64,000 bases of DNA from Naegleria gruberi (lineage: Eukaryota), in assembly GCA_000004985.1 (NCBI GenBank), contig GG738873.1, one strand, 5' to 3'. The position numbers and the translations under genes were made by a program. Shown here in pieces: positions 24,420 to 34,976 of this stretch. Under the pieces are notes generated by a model, which saw only the letters and a list, made by a program, of their open reading frames with translations, was not told where the DNA came from and did not search any database. The first letter of the stretch is position 1; every line of letters starts with the position of its first letter.

Positions 24420-26750
24420 TTATCTATCTGAAGATGAACCAACATTTGATTTTTTCAAAGGTGGCTCAAGAGAAGAAGTAGGGAAAGATGGGAATGGTGA
24501 AGGAGTCCAAGGAGCAAATGGGTTTGATGGAAGAGGAGTCATACCAGGGAAAAGACCAGGGTTCAAAGGGGAAGGATGAGGCATTTGACCCATTTGACTC
24601 ATAGCGTTTGACATATCTGCAACAGGCATTGGTTGCATTCCATGATAGCCTAGAGGAGTCATAGGTTGATGATGGTGATGAACTGTATGAATTGATGGTT
24701 GTTGTTCATGTGCTTGAAGGCCAAACATTTCAATCTTATTTCTATTAAATCCACATTGGAAGAAGAAGTGATTGTCTTTTTCTAACCATTTCTTTTCTTC
24801 GATATCAAGTTGAATATCAGGATCCATGAATTTTGCTTGACACTTTCCCTTGATACTAACCAAAGGACCATAGTGCATATCTTCATGAGTAAGGAAGATT
24901 TCCTTTTCACATGGATAATCATGATGTTTTCTACATTTTGATTGGTTTGTTGCTTCTTCGATATTACATCCAAATCCTTGTAAATCACTCCATCTGTAGT
25001 ACCATTGCCCAACAAATCTCATTTCATCATTCTTTGTTTGAACAAAGTTTACAATTTTACAAACCCAATATTTTTCGATATCTTTTCTTTCATCAAGAGC
25101 CTCGTCCTTATCTTGTCTATCCTCTGAATCACAATCCTCAGGAGAGACAAAAACTATATCGTTAACTCGGTAAACAATTCCATCCTTCAATAAATGAGCA
25201 TAAAAATAGTCTCCATTATCATTTAATCCAACAGGTTCACCTAGCCAAGACATTCCTGAACTCATTGGATAAAGTTGTGCATTTGGATCGTGAGAAGAAT
25301 ACATTTGAGGCATATGATTTGGGAACATTGGAAGGAATGGATTATACATCATATTCATATCATTCATTGGCCATGGATTGGCATTAGGATCAATATATGG
25401 ATTTGGAGCATACTGGTTAATCATTTCTCCTTCCTCAGGTTGAGTTTCCTTTTTTCTCTTTTTTGTTGTTGATCCCTTTTTTGTTTTTTTACCTGTTTGT
25501 TGTTTTGGTGAAGTACAACCTGTAGTAAATTTTGAGTAATCAACTTTTGTTGTAGTGGTACAGGCCTTTGTTACAACCTTAACTGTTGGATTGAGAGGCA
25601 TTGGTTGATTCAAATATTTGGAAATGTTAGCATCCTTTTTCACAAAAGTTTTGAATTCAGCAGAGAAAATTGTAAAATGATAATCATCAGATGAGTCTGT
25701 TGGGGTGTACTTTACACAAAGTCTGAAAGGCATATATTGAAATCTCTTTGAACAATATAAACTATTGATACCAAAACGTATTACAATTTCTTCATCTGAT
25801 GATCTATGTAAACTAGAAATATTAATAGTAGATTTGTCTTCTGACTTTTTAGGTTGGGAAGATCCTTTCTTTTTTGATACAGTTGCCTTCTTTTTCTTTG
25901 AACTTGTTTTACCATCAGCAACTGGGGAAGTAGGATCTTCTGGGAAAACAGGGATACGATCATTATATCCCATTACAAGAAACATATCAATTCCTTCCAT
26001 AATTTTAACTTGATTCTTTCCAGCAAATATCTTTTCACTACAAACAATTCTAACATCATACTTATGTTTCCATGTAAGTGTATAAAGTACTTCTGGGAAT
26101 TCTTCTGTGAATGTGGTGTGCCTAGAACCCTTAACAAACAGTCTAACATTAAATGTTGGAGCATGTGGGTTATGTTGTTGTTGGTGAAAATGTTCGGAAA
26201 CTGTTGTTCCTGAATTAGGAAGATTAGGTTTTTCATCTTGATCACTTGGGATACAGTATTGACTCCAATCCAATCTTGTTCCGACACTGATGCAATCAGT
26301 TACATAATGTTCATATACTATTGGTAAGTGGTATTTCAAAGCATGGTTAATTCTTTCTTTGTCATGATTGTTAGAGTTAGGAGTTATAAGTATATTAACT
26401 TTTTCATTTGGAGCATCAAAGAATTGACCTCCATTAGAAATAATTTTAAACTTTAAATCTTCAAGATGTGGATCTAAAAGAGCCTGAGAAAAACAGACAA
26501 GAAACCCTTCGAATATCTTTTCTTGAAGCCCAAAATGGGAGTTATACATATCATTAGTTGTCTCTGCAGCTGCTTGAACAATTACATGTTGGTCAGTTGC
26601 TGTAGCAGAGTAATCATTATGTTGTTGTTGGTTTAATCCCTCCGAATTATCTAAAATAAAACCTTGGTTATATGATGATGATTGTTCTGATGACACTGAT
26701 TCATCATCGGTTCTTTCATCGTCTTCAGTCTTAAAATTTGTAATGTTCAT
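24420..26750 (-). CDS. BRCT + BAH domain chromatin-associated protein
   Basis: The N-terminus has a BRCT-like fold (FEGFLVCFSQALLDP...LPIVYEHYVTDCI). The C-terminus has a BAH-like segment (GDYFYAHLLKDGIVYRVNDIVFV...YWVCKIVNF...RFVGQWYYRW). Pro/Met-rich tracts are also present. Confidence 0.75.
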   Translation of the reverse strand: MNITNFKTEDDERTDDESVSSEQSSSYNQGFILDNSEGLNQQQHNDYSATATDQHVIVQAAAETTNDMYNSHFGLQEKIFEGFLVCFSQALLDPHLEDLKFKIISNGGQFFDAPNEKVNILITPNSNNHDKERINHALKYHLPIVYEHYVTDCISVGTRLDWSQYCIPSDQDEKPNLPNSGTTVSEHFHQQQHNPHAPTFNVRLFVKGSRHTTFTEEFPEVLYTLTWKHKYDVRIVCSEKIFAGKNQVKIMEGIDMFLVMGYNDRIPVFPEDPTSPVADGKTSSKKKKATVSKKKGSSQPKKSEDKSTINISSLHRSSDEEIVIRFGINSLYCSKRFQYMPFRLCVKYTPTDSSDDYHFTIFSAEFKTFVKKDANISKYLNQPMPLNPTVKVVTKACTTTTKVDYSKFTTGCTSPKQQTGKKTKKGSTTKKRKKETQPEEGEMINQYAPNPYIDPNANPWPMNDMNMMYNPFLPMFPNHMPQMYSSHDPNAQLYPMSSGMSWLGEPVGLNDNGDYFYAHLLKDGIVYRVNDIVFVSPEDCDSEDRQDKDEALDERKDIEKYWVCKIVNFVQTKNDEMRFVGQWYYRWSDLQGFGCNIEEATNQSKCRKHHDYPCEKEIFLTHEDMHYGPLVSIKGKCQAKFMDPDIQLDIEEKKWLEKDNHFFFQCGFNRNKIEMFGLQAHEQQPSIHTVHHHHQPMTPLGYHGMQPMPVADMSNAMSQMGQMPHPSPLNPGLFPGMTPLPSNPFAPWTPSPFPSFPTSSLEPPLKKSNVGSSSDR

Positions 26751-27021
26751 ATTATTATATACTATCTAGTCGTCCGATTATAATCAGCCAACTATTCCAA
26801 GAACCGATGATAGATGATGTTAGTCAAAAAATACTATTTATTATCCAGCCAGGAGAGAACACTTTTGTAGATGAGAAAGTGTTGGGTGTGATGATATTTT
26901 TTTATTTAATAAAATAAATATGTATTTTTATTTGCTGGCTAAAATACCGCCCAAATTATTTTCCACTGATTGCTTCTTCTTGTAATTGGGCCTCAAAATT
27001 TATTGCAATAAAACTAATTTA

Positions 27022-28128
27022 TTACCACTCTAGAGATTTATCTTGGGATGGCTTCTTATCTTGTGGTGTTGAGGCAGCATCTGTTTGAGATGAAGATGAT
27101 GATTGTTGTTCAATCTCTTTGGCCATTGCTTCTCTACCTGCTCTTGCTTGACCATGAGATGAGTATAAAGTAATTCTGGCAGTACCCTTGTTAAGACCTT
27201 CAAGGAAGACACATGCTCTACACAATTCTTGACTACTAATATAACCACACTTGACACAGTTCATCAAAGTTCTCTTTTTTACAGTGGAATCCTCTGAGAT
27301 TGTTTCATTGGTAAATTCAAATTGTTCAGCAGATTTAACAATATCAATAATTGTTTGAGGTCGTAATTGTTCCAAATCCTTGATAAGTTCTCTAGCATGT
27401 CCTCTGTAAGCATTTGGAGAATAAGAGCACTCAGTACTAAAGTAATCTAATTTCTTAAAATAGGCGTAGAGAACAATTTCCTTTTGATAAGTATACTTGA
27501 ATGGTTTGGCTCTTGGAATGCTAAAACCTCCTTCATCATGTGTAATAATATCAACACATCGTTCAAGTCTTCCAATATCTCCTCTAAGAATATTCATCAA
27601 AACAGTTTCAGCAATATCATCGGCATTGTGACCAGTTACCATCTTGTCAACCTTTAATTGTTCACATCCTCTATCAAGTGCTTGTCTTCTGAAAACTCCA
27701 CAGAATGTACAGTTATTCTTCAATCCGATTTGTTGAACAATTTCATCCATTGACCATCCATATAATTCTTTATAACTTAAAATTTTGAGAGGTACTTGAT
27801 ATTGCTCTCTATTTCTTTTAACTGTTTCTAAACTATCATCTCTATAACCTTTAATACCTTCATCAATACTCAACAAGTATAAATCCAATCCGTAATTATA
27901 TCTTTCATTCAAAACTTTCATAATATGTGCCAACGCTGTAGAATCCTTTCCACCACTAGCAGCAATAGCAACCTTATCTCCAGGTTTAAATAAATTATTA
28001 TTAATAATAGTTTCATGAATTTCCGTCTCGAACAAGTCAAAGAAACATTCCCTACAAATGAGGGCTCCGTTCTTTGGTCTTTTAAGTGCTGCGTTTCTAG
28101 AGTTGCAGTTTGCACAAGGCTTTGGCAT
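27022..28128 (-). CDS. ctu1: cytoplasmic tRNA 2-thiolation protein 1 (Ncs6/CTU1)
   Basis: It has a PP-loop SGGKDS and CxxC zinc-finger pairs (CANC...CREC; CVKCGY...CRAC), with full-length similarity to Ncs6/CTU1. Confidence 0.9.
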   Translation of the reverse strand: MPKPCANCNSRNAALKRPKNGALICRECFFDLFETEIHETIINNNLFKPGDKVAIAASGGKDSTALAHIMKVLNERYNYGLDLYLLSIDEGIKGYRDDSLETVKRNREQYQVPLKILSYKELYGWSMDEIVQQIGLKNNCTFCGVFRRQALDRGCEQLKVDKMVTGHNADDIAETVLMNILRGDIGRLERCVDIITHDEGGFSIPRAKPFKYTYQKEIVLYAYFKKLDYFSTECSYSPNAYRGHARELIKDLEQLRPQTIIDIVKSAEQFEFTNETISEDSTVKKRTLMNCVKCGYISSQELCRACVFLEGLNKGTARITLYSSHGQARAGREAMAKEIEQQSSSSSQTDAASTPQDKKPSQDKSLEW

Positions 28129-28342
28129 ATTTTTTTTGAATTTAAAATTTATTCTTTGTTGAGGCCAAATTTCAAAATTGCATATTCAATTATTAAAAAA
28201 TTGTTTATTAGGAAAGATGACCAGTAGCTTTATTGGAATTAATTTTTTATTGAAATAATCTTTAAAAAGATGCTTTACAAAAATATGAACCTTGATATAT
28301 TTCGACTAATTAGAAGAATAATCACCAAACAAGCCTAAAAAA
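28129..28342. promoter_or_regulatory. bidirectional intergenic/promoter region between divergent ctu1 (-) and F-box (+) genes
   Basis: 214-nt AT-rich spacer between two divergent ATGs, each in an A-rich context. Confidence 0.3.
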
Positions 28343-29422
28343 ATGCCACCAAGAAAGAAATCAGCCAAAAAGAAGGAAGAGGAAGAGAGTGACGAAGAAA
28401 TACTAGAAGAACCAACCGAATTTAATATTACAATAGATGATGATGTTAAACCTTTCACAAACGAATATGATGAATTAGTTAGATTTGATTCTCTCGAAAA
28501 GCTTCCTTCCGAAGTTGTATTTGAAATATTTAGCTTTTTACCTTCTATTCCATACTATTTTAAATTGCAATTGTTGAGTAAATTCTACAAGGAAAAGTTT
28601 CAAGAAATTATTACCCAAACAAAACATTTAGATCTTGCACCACTCAATCTTCAACATCATGCAATTTGGCCTAAAGTATGTCAAATGATCAAAGATTGTG
28701 GATCTTCATTAAAGAGTATTCAATTTGGAGAATTAAATTACAAATGGAATGAAATCAAGGAAGCAATTCTAAAGAAATGTTCCAAATTGGAAGAACTTGC
28801 ATTAGTAACTCCTACCATGTACTTTACTTCATTATTCAGAAAGGATGGCTCTTACTATGGATATTATGGTGGCCCTACTGTTGACTACTCTGAAGATAAA
28901 AAAAACAGAGATGTATGGTGTGATACTCTTACCACACTCAATGTGATTGGTTTAGAAAAGCCAAGAAAAGGCAGACGAAATCATAGTTACCTTCTCACAA
29001 GTGCCACTTTCAAATATATTCTTGAAAAATTCCCAAAGCTCAAAAATATTAATTTCATTCTTACTAATTATACAGAAATGCAAATTCAATCTCTTTATGA
29101 TGCAGTTGTAAGAAATAGAAAGAGATTACTTGAGTGGAGAGAAAAGGGTGGTAGTACTGATGGCCTTTATGAACGAACTGGAATTTGGTATGAAGAAGCT
29201 ATTGGAATTGTAGATTTTGATATTCCACACGATTTGAAAATCAATGTACAAGGAAGTATTGGAAAATTATCATCAATCGATGCTGCTAAAAATATTGTAG
29301 AAGTTTACAATATCAATCCAAATACCAAGTTTGAATTCTTATTCCAGAAGAATTCAAATGGTACATTACTAGATCAAATTATTGGTAGCCGTGCTGCTTA
29401 CAAACAAAAACATCAAGGTTAG
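28343..29422 (+). CDS. F-box / LRR-like protein; probably continues via a 38-nt intron into the ankyrin ORF
   Basis: An F-box is present at LEKLPSEVVFEIFSFLPSIP. The ORF ends ...CAAG|GTTAGT, a good donor at 29418. Confidence 0.7.
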   Translation: MPPRKKSAKKKEEEESDEEILEEPTEFNITIDDDVKPFTNEYDELVRFDSLEKLPSEVVFEIFSFLPSIPYYFKLQLLSKFYKEKFQEIITQTKHLDLAPLNLQHHAIWPKVCQMIKDCGSSLKSIQFGELNYKWNEIKEAILKKCSKLEELALVTPTMYFTSLFRKDGSYYGYYGGPTVDYSEDKKNRDVWCDTLTTLNVIGLEKPRKGRRNHSYLLTSATFKYILEKFPKLKNINFILTNYTEMQIQSLYDAVVRNRKRLLEWREKGGSTDGLYERTGIWYEEAIGIVDFDIPHDLKINVQGSIGKLSSIDAAKNIVEVYNINPNTKFEFLFQKNSNGTLLDQIIGSRAAYKQKHQG

Positions 29423-29455
29423 TTGACATTTTCCCATTTTTATAACATTCCAAAG

Positions 29456-30612
29456 TAATTAACTATTTATTGAACAATGGAAGTCTTATTTCCAACCTGT
29501 CTGCAAATTCATGGCTCAATATTTTAAAACAACCAAATGAAAAAATCAAAAATCTTTTAGAAGAAATTACAAAATGGGTGGCCACCAAAAATGAAGGAAA
29601 AATGCTTTCTTCTGGCATATTCGCCTTAATAGTTTCAGGATGTATTTTTAATAATGTTGGAAATTTTATCAAGAATCTACAAGTTATGTTAAATAATGGC
29701 TGGTCAGATGTCAAAGACCAAAATCAAGACTTTATAACACCATCAATCATTTCGAACGAGTTGTGCACTTTTATGATTGAAAAGGCAGGATGTAAACTTA
29801 ATCCAACGACCGCTGCTACATTACTATCATCAGCTCTTTACTCTCACTTTAACTCACTTCCAATAGTTTTAAAGCTAGTTCCAGAAAAATTAGCCGAAAC
29901 ACCAACTGGGCAAGTTAAACCAACTCTCTCCCATGCCATTTCCAATTCTGATATACCTGATAGTGTAATTAATTATATTTTTGATTTTATTGTAAAGCCA
30001 AGTTATGCATTGAATGTGTTCACAAATACAGCTACTGGTGAAACTATTATTCATCAGCTGATTGCTGCTGACAGACTTGAACCTCTGCGTCTATTGCTTG
30101 ACATGCTTAAGGAACAAGAAAGAATTTCAAAAATTATTAACATTCCAAATAATTCAGGAGATACAGCACTTCATATGGCCTGCAAAAATAACAAGATTCA
30201 ACTAGCAAAAGACTTGGTAAATCATTATAGTGCTAATAAGAATTTATATAACGCCGATAATCAATTCCCTTATGATTTATTGAAAGTTAGCTCCCTTTCA
30301 TTCCTTCCTGAAATTTTAAAGCCAGATGAGGAAAAAGTTGAAGAGCTTAAAGAGTCCATAAAACAGAAGGAAAAAGAAATGCTTAAAGCACAAAAGAAAA
30401 AATCTCCAAAAAAGTCAGCAACCAAACGTAAAAAGGAAGAAAAGGAATCTGAAGAGGAGGAAGAGGAGAAACCAAGAAGGTCAACCAGAAAGAAAACCAA
30501 AAAGGAAATCCCAGTTGATTTAACTGACGATGATGAACAGGAAGTAGTTGAGGTGGAATCTGAGGAGGAAGTAAAACCAAAAAGAAAGCCAAGAACCTCG
30601 AAAAAAAAGTAA
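29456..30612 (+). CDS. ankyrin-repeat region with K/E-rich C-terminal tail; no in-frame ATG, likely the 3' exon of the F-box gene
   Basis: The ORF starts at TTG and has no in-frame ATG before an upstream stop. The acceptor ...ccaaag| at 29455 is phase-compatible with the F-box donor. ANK motifs include GDTALHMACKNNKIQLAKDLV. Confidence 0.65.
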
Positions 30613-30708
30613 CAGTATTTCCAATGAGTATCAATAATATCACCTTAGAATTGTTTAATAAATTGACATTAATTAGAAACAAGTTTTACAAAAACCAACC
30701 TTTAAAAA

Positions 30709-33357
30709 ATGAGAGAACCAACAGTATCGTATCTCCTTCCCTATCCCAACAACAAGATCAAAGCACATCGATTCGGAATCAACAAATTAATTTATTGTGG
30801 AGAGAATCAAACAGATAATGATCATCATGAATATTTGCTGTCTGGAGGAAGAGATGGTACTATTAAATGTTGGTCTTTAAATAATGTAGGAAAACAAACA
30901 TCCATACAATCATCACCTTTATCATCATCGAGTCCATCATCATCTGATCATCATCATAAATATGTATTTAGTTTGGAAGAGCATGTAGATTGGGTAACCG
31001 ATATGATTTTACTTGCAGATAGACATCATTTAATTAGTTGCAGTCAGGATAATACTCTAATGTTGTGGGACGTTGATATAAATGATCCGAAGCATTGCTT
31101 AACATACAGGTTAGTATAATTTGGAGAGTGGATGAAAAATAATAATTATTTGATTAGAACACATACTGATTATGTTACTTGTTTGGCTGCTCCAACAAAT
31201 CATTCAGGACAAATGACCTGTTCAACATTTTGTTCAGGAGGTCTAGATTGCTCTGTATTTGTTTGGGATGCTGAAAGGTTATGCTCAATAAGATCATATT
31301 TTGAATCAATTAGTAATAATATAGTTAGTAATCAACAAGTCAATAATCAAGAATTTGGCCAAAAACCTTTCCAACAATATGATATTCAGAGCTTGCAAAA
31401 TTATTATCCTCCTCATCTTAACCCTCAACCAAAGCATAGCGTCTATGCCCTTGATATATCAACATGTGGAAATAATGGTACATTAATAGAACAGCACATG
31501 TTGGTAGCGGCTGGATCTACTGACCAACTTGTTAGATTGTACGATTTGAGAACTTCATCAAAGGTTGGTAAACTAAGAGGCCACAAGGATAATATTAGAT
31601 GCCTTAAATTAACAACAGATGGAAAAAATTGCATTACTGGATCAACAGATGGTACAGTTAAATATTGGGATTTAAGAAACCAGAGATGTTTACAAACATT
31701 CTCTTTCAATTCCTCAAAAACCTCTACTAACGCATCAATTTGGACCCTAGAGTTTGATCCATTCGACACAGATCAAGCCTCTTTTACAATTGGAACCAGA
31801 GATGGTTTTGTATATTATCTTGATGCAAAGAATAAGAAGATGTGTACTGTTGCAGATTTAAATTCAATGACATCTCAATCATTTAACAAGCATTCAGTTC
31901 TTTGCACTAGTATTGCTCCAAAAGGTGGAAAATTATCGAGCACAATTTGGGTTGGATCTACTGATTCAAATATTTATGAGTTCGAGTATGGTAAATTAGT
32001 GGATGGATTATCTGCATCTAAGGATCCTTACAGTGAAAACAATGCTGTACTGACTCCAAAATCTGCCTCCAACTCTTTTAATGCTATGGATATGTCGCCA
32101 GTATTTTCTAATCTTGTAGATTATTCTCCACTAACTCCAAAAACTCCAAGCAGAGCAAGAGCTAGCTCATTCCAAGTGCAGAGAAAGCCATCAGGAACAT
32201 TGCATTGTCATCCAAAGTCAAAAATTCTTGGATGTCCTGGTATTATTGCACACTTTATATTGAATTGTAGAAAGAGAGTGTTAGTGAAGGATAACTCTGG
32301 AAGAGTTACTCTTTGGGATATTACCACAGGTAACATGATCAAAGATTATACAGAACTCAATAATACAATGACAGATGACGGAGAGGATTTATTTGAAACC
32401 TTATGCAACGATTTTTCTAAAGAAATGATTTCTGTGAGGAATTGGTTCACTGTTGAGAAAAAGTTGGGATGTCTAGAAATTGTACTCAATCCAAATGAAT
32501 GCTTTAATGCAGAAAATTATGCCTTCGAGTCTGGTTTCAAAGATGCTATTGAGGAAGAAAAGGTCAACTATGGAGTAATGACCATTCAGGCTCTGTTTAG
32601 AAATTGGAAAGAATGTAGAAATGAAGTTTTATTGCAACAAATGTCAGAAGAGGAACGTAAAGAAAGAGAAGAAAGGCTCAGTACTGAGCAAAGAGAAGAC
32701 CTCCCTCAATTACTACCAGAGCGTACATTTAATTTACCTGAAAATACTTCTGTAATCGTTCACTTTGAAAAGAATGATAGTGAGAAGAGCCCTTTCAAAA
32801 AGCAACTAAGACACTTTGATGGCAATGAGACCGAAATTACTCACATTCCTCAGTGGGTTGTTGATATTTTAAGAGGTATTCCTCCTAATGTAAACCCTCA
32901 GTCACACAAACTTTCATTCTACTTGGAGCCGGCTCATGATGAAAAGTATCTTGGACCACTTCTTCAAAATCATGCCAAGTTGGTTGCTCATAGAATTTTG
33001 AGAATTTACAAAGTTGCCTCTCACATTGCAACAAAATTGAATCTTGAGCTACCTACTGTTAAAGAACTGGAGGAATCAAAGAAGTTATATTATGAACTGA
33101 AAGCAAAGGAGCACGAAGAAAATCCTCAAATTCCCCTTATAACTCAACAGGATGACGAGAACTTTGATGAGTCCCTCAAGTTGAGTGCAGAACGTGATCC
33201 AAATTCGCAATGTCGCCCAGAAGAATTTATTGAGATTATTTGTTATGGAAATAGAATGAAAAATACTTGGAATTTAGCTATTGCCAATGCGTTTTATCGT
33301 CCAAATAATGTATCTTGGATAACCCTCAACTATAGACAACGATACAGAACCAAGTAA
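30709..33357 (+). CDS. wdr48: WD40 repeat protein 48 (UAF1/Bun107-like); exons 30709..31109 and 31158..33357
   Basis: A 48-nt GTTAGT..TTGATTAG intron (31110..31157) joins the two ORFs. Segments EHVDWVTDMILL...LISCSQDNTLMLWDV, RTHTDYVTCLA, PQWVVDILRG and YLEPAHDEKYLG align to WDR48. Confidence 0.85.
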
Positions 33358-33577
33358 TCAAGTAGACTTGTTTTGATTTGTGTAAAATTGTAAATTCAAA
33401 AAAGAGGGGAAATTGAAAAGATGGGCCTATTTGGTATGCTTGAACTGCACCAAAATGAAAGCCATAGTGGTATTCTTTCTTTCTGTCTATTGAGTCCAAG
33501 AATATTAAACTATCACATCCAATTAATTATTTCATTTATCTTAGTTATCCAAGTTTAAACAATCAAATATCAAAAAA

Positions 33578-33742
33578 ATGAACTCTGTATCGGAAAAGAT
33601 CTCACAAACAGCAAAAGACATTAACGAATTTGTTCACAATCATCCAGCTTGGACAGCCATCGGAACATTGTGTGTCTTGTATATTGGAGGTAGTATTTAC
33701 TTTAGAAGAGATAAGCCACTCTTGAAGGATGAAAATGAGTAA
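33578..33742 (+). CDS. 54-aa single-pass membrane mini-protein (hypothetical)
   Basis: An ATG follows an A7 run. One hydrophobic segment (AWTAIGTLCVLYIGGSIYF) precedes a TAA stop. It is below the ORF-track size cut-off. Confidence 0.3.
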   Translation: MNSVSEKISQTAKDINEFVHNHPAWTAIGTLCVLYIGGSIYFRRDKPLLKDENE

Positions 33743-33949
33743 TTATTTATTTGGATCATCAATCACCAGCAGCCTTTATTTAATTAATAAAAATTATTTC
33801 ATCCTCCTTCCTCATCATCAAATAATTTAATTTAATAATAATAGAGTAATAATTTATTAATATAATCAATTAGCCAAATGGACTCCATTCAAGTCCACGC
33901 TCATCATCATGATATTAATAATAATATTCATCTAATTTAATTAAAAAAA

Positions 33950-34858
33950 ATGTCCAATTTATTCAATAAAGTAAAGAAGCTTGTCTCATCAGCAGCATCG
34001 ACAATATCGGGATCCTCAACAAGAACATTCGTTGGAAAAGATATCAAGGGAAATAGCTATTTTTTGGAGGTGGATACAGGAAAGGAGAAGAGAACTGTAG
34101 AGTATTCTAAAGGCTATGATACCTCTGCTTTGCATTTACCTCAAGATCTTCCATTGGAGTGGGTTTCGTGGTTAAAGTATTTACGTGAAAAACCACCAAC
34201 AGAAAAGGAATCCAAGATTTTGGCTGATTATAGAGAAAAATTAAAAGCAAATGGAGAAAAGTGGGATGAAGAACAAAGAAGACTCTTTTTACAAAATCAA
34301 GCAAATGAGGGAAATGCTAGAAATAATATTAGGAGTGAAAATGAAAATTATAGACCAAGTGATACACCACCATCTTTCCAATTTGTTGCAGATCGTCTCA
34401 AAGAAGAGGGAAAACTCTCTAATGAAGCTGCCACTTTGACAGAAGAATTTGAAGGTGGAGACAAGTCACAAAATGTAAGACTTTCAAAGATGTTATCTGC
34501 AAGTGGAGAATTGAAATCAACCTATTCAGCTAAGGAAATGGAACAATTGAGGAGAGGATCTAAAATTGCACAATACGAGGAAGAGCAAGCCAAATCAGAA
34601 AAAGATCCATTTGCTCATCTCATTCCAGATGCCAGATATAAGAGAAATCGTACTGATGAAGATGTTCAACAACTTCTTAACCAAGCTGCTGAAGAATTTG
34701 ATTTACCAAAGGATATGAGAAATCCATCCAATCTCACTCAGGAACAAATCAGAAATGTATCCAAACATTACTCAAAATCTAGAACTAGTCCTTTCCTTGG
34801 TAAGAAACCACAAGTAAGAGCCAATTCTGGATTTGTAAATAATGAAGAAGAAAAGTAA
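33950..34858 (+). CDS. ndufaf2: NDUFA12-family protein, NDUFAF2 (mimitin)-like complex I assembly factor with acidic C-terminal extension
   Basis: It shows VGKDIKGNSYFLE...PLEWVSWLKYLREKPPTEKE, matching the GxDxxGNKYYE...W..W...R..PPT.EE signature. Confidence 0.65.
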   Translation: MSNLFNKVKKLVSSAASTISGSSTRTFVGKDIKGNSYFLEVDTGKEKRTVEYSKGYDTSALHLPQDLPLEWVSWLKYLREKPPTEKESKILADYREKLKANGEKWDEEQRRLFLQNQANEGNARNNIRSENENYRPSDTPPSFQFVADRLKEEGKLSNEAATLTEEFEGGDKSQNVRLSKMLSASGELKSTYSAKEMEQLRRGSKIAQYEEEQAKSEKDPFAHLIPDARYKRNRTDEDVQQLLNQAAEEFDLPKDMRNPSNLTQEQIRNVSKHYSKSRTSPFLGKKPQVRANSGFVNNEEEK

Positions 34859-34976
34859 TGTGTTTTGTATCAATTTTATTATAAATTATCATTCGAAGTT
34901 TCAAGGATTAAGAAAAGAAGTTAACTTCAAGAAAATTCAGGCAGAAAGGTATCACAATATATGATAAACCTTGGTT

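Noticed and set aside
33358-33577. Possible tRNA or ncRNA in the AT-rich spacers (also 19400-19750 and 45299-45900)
   Set aside because: I could find no cloverleaf-compatible sequence or conserved box A/B by eye. This cannot be excluded without a covariance-model search.
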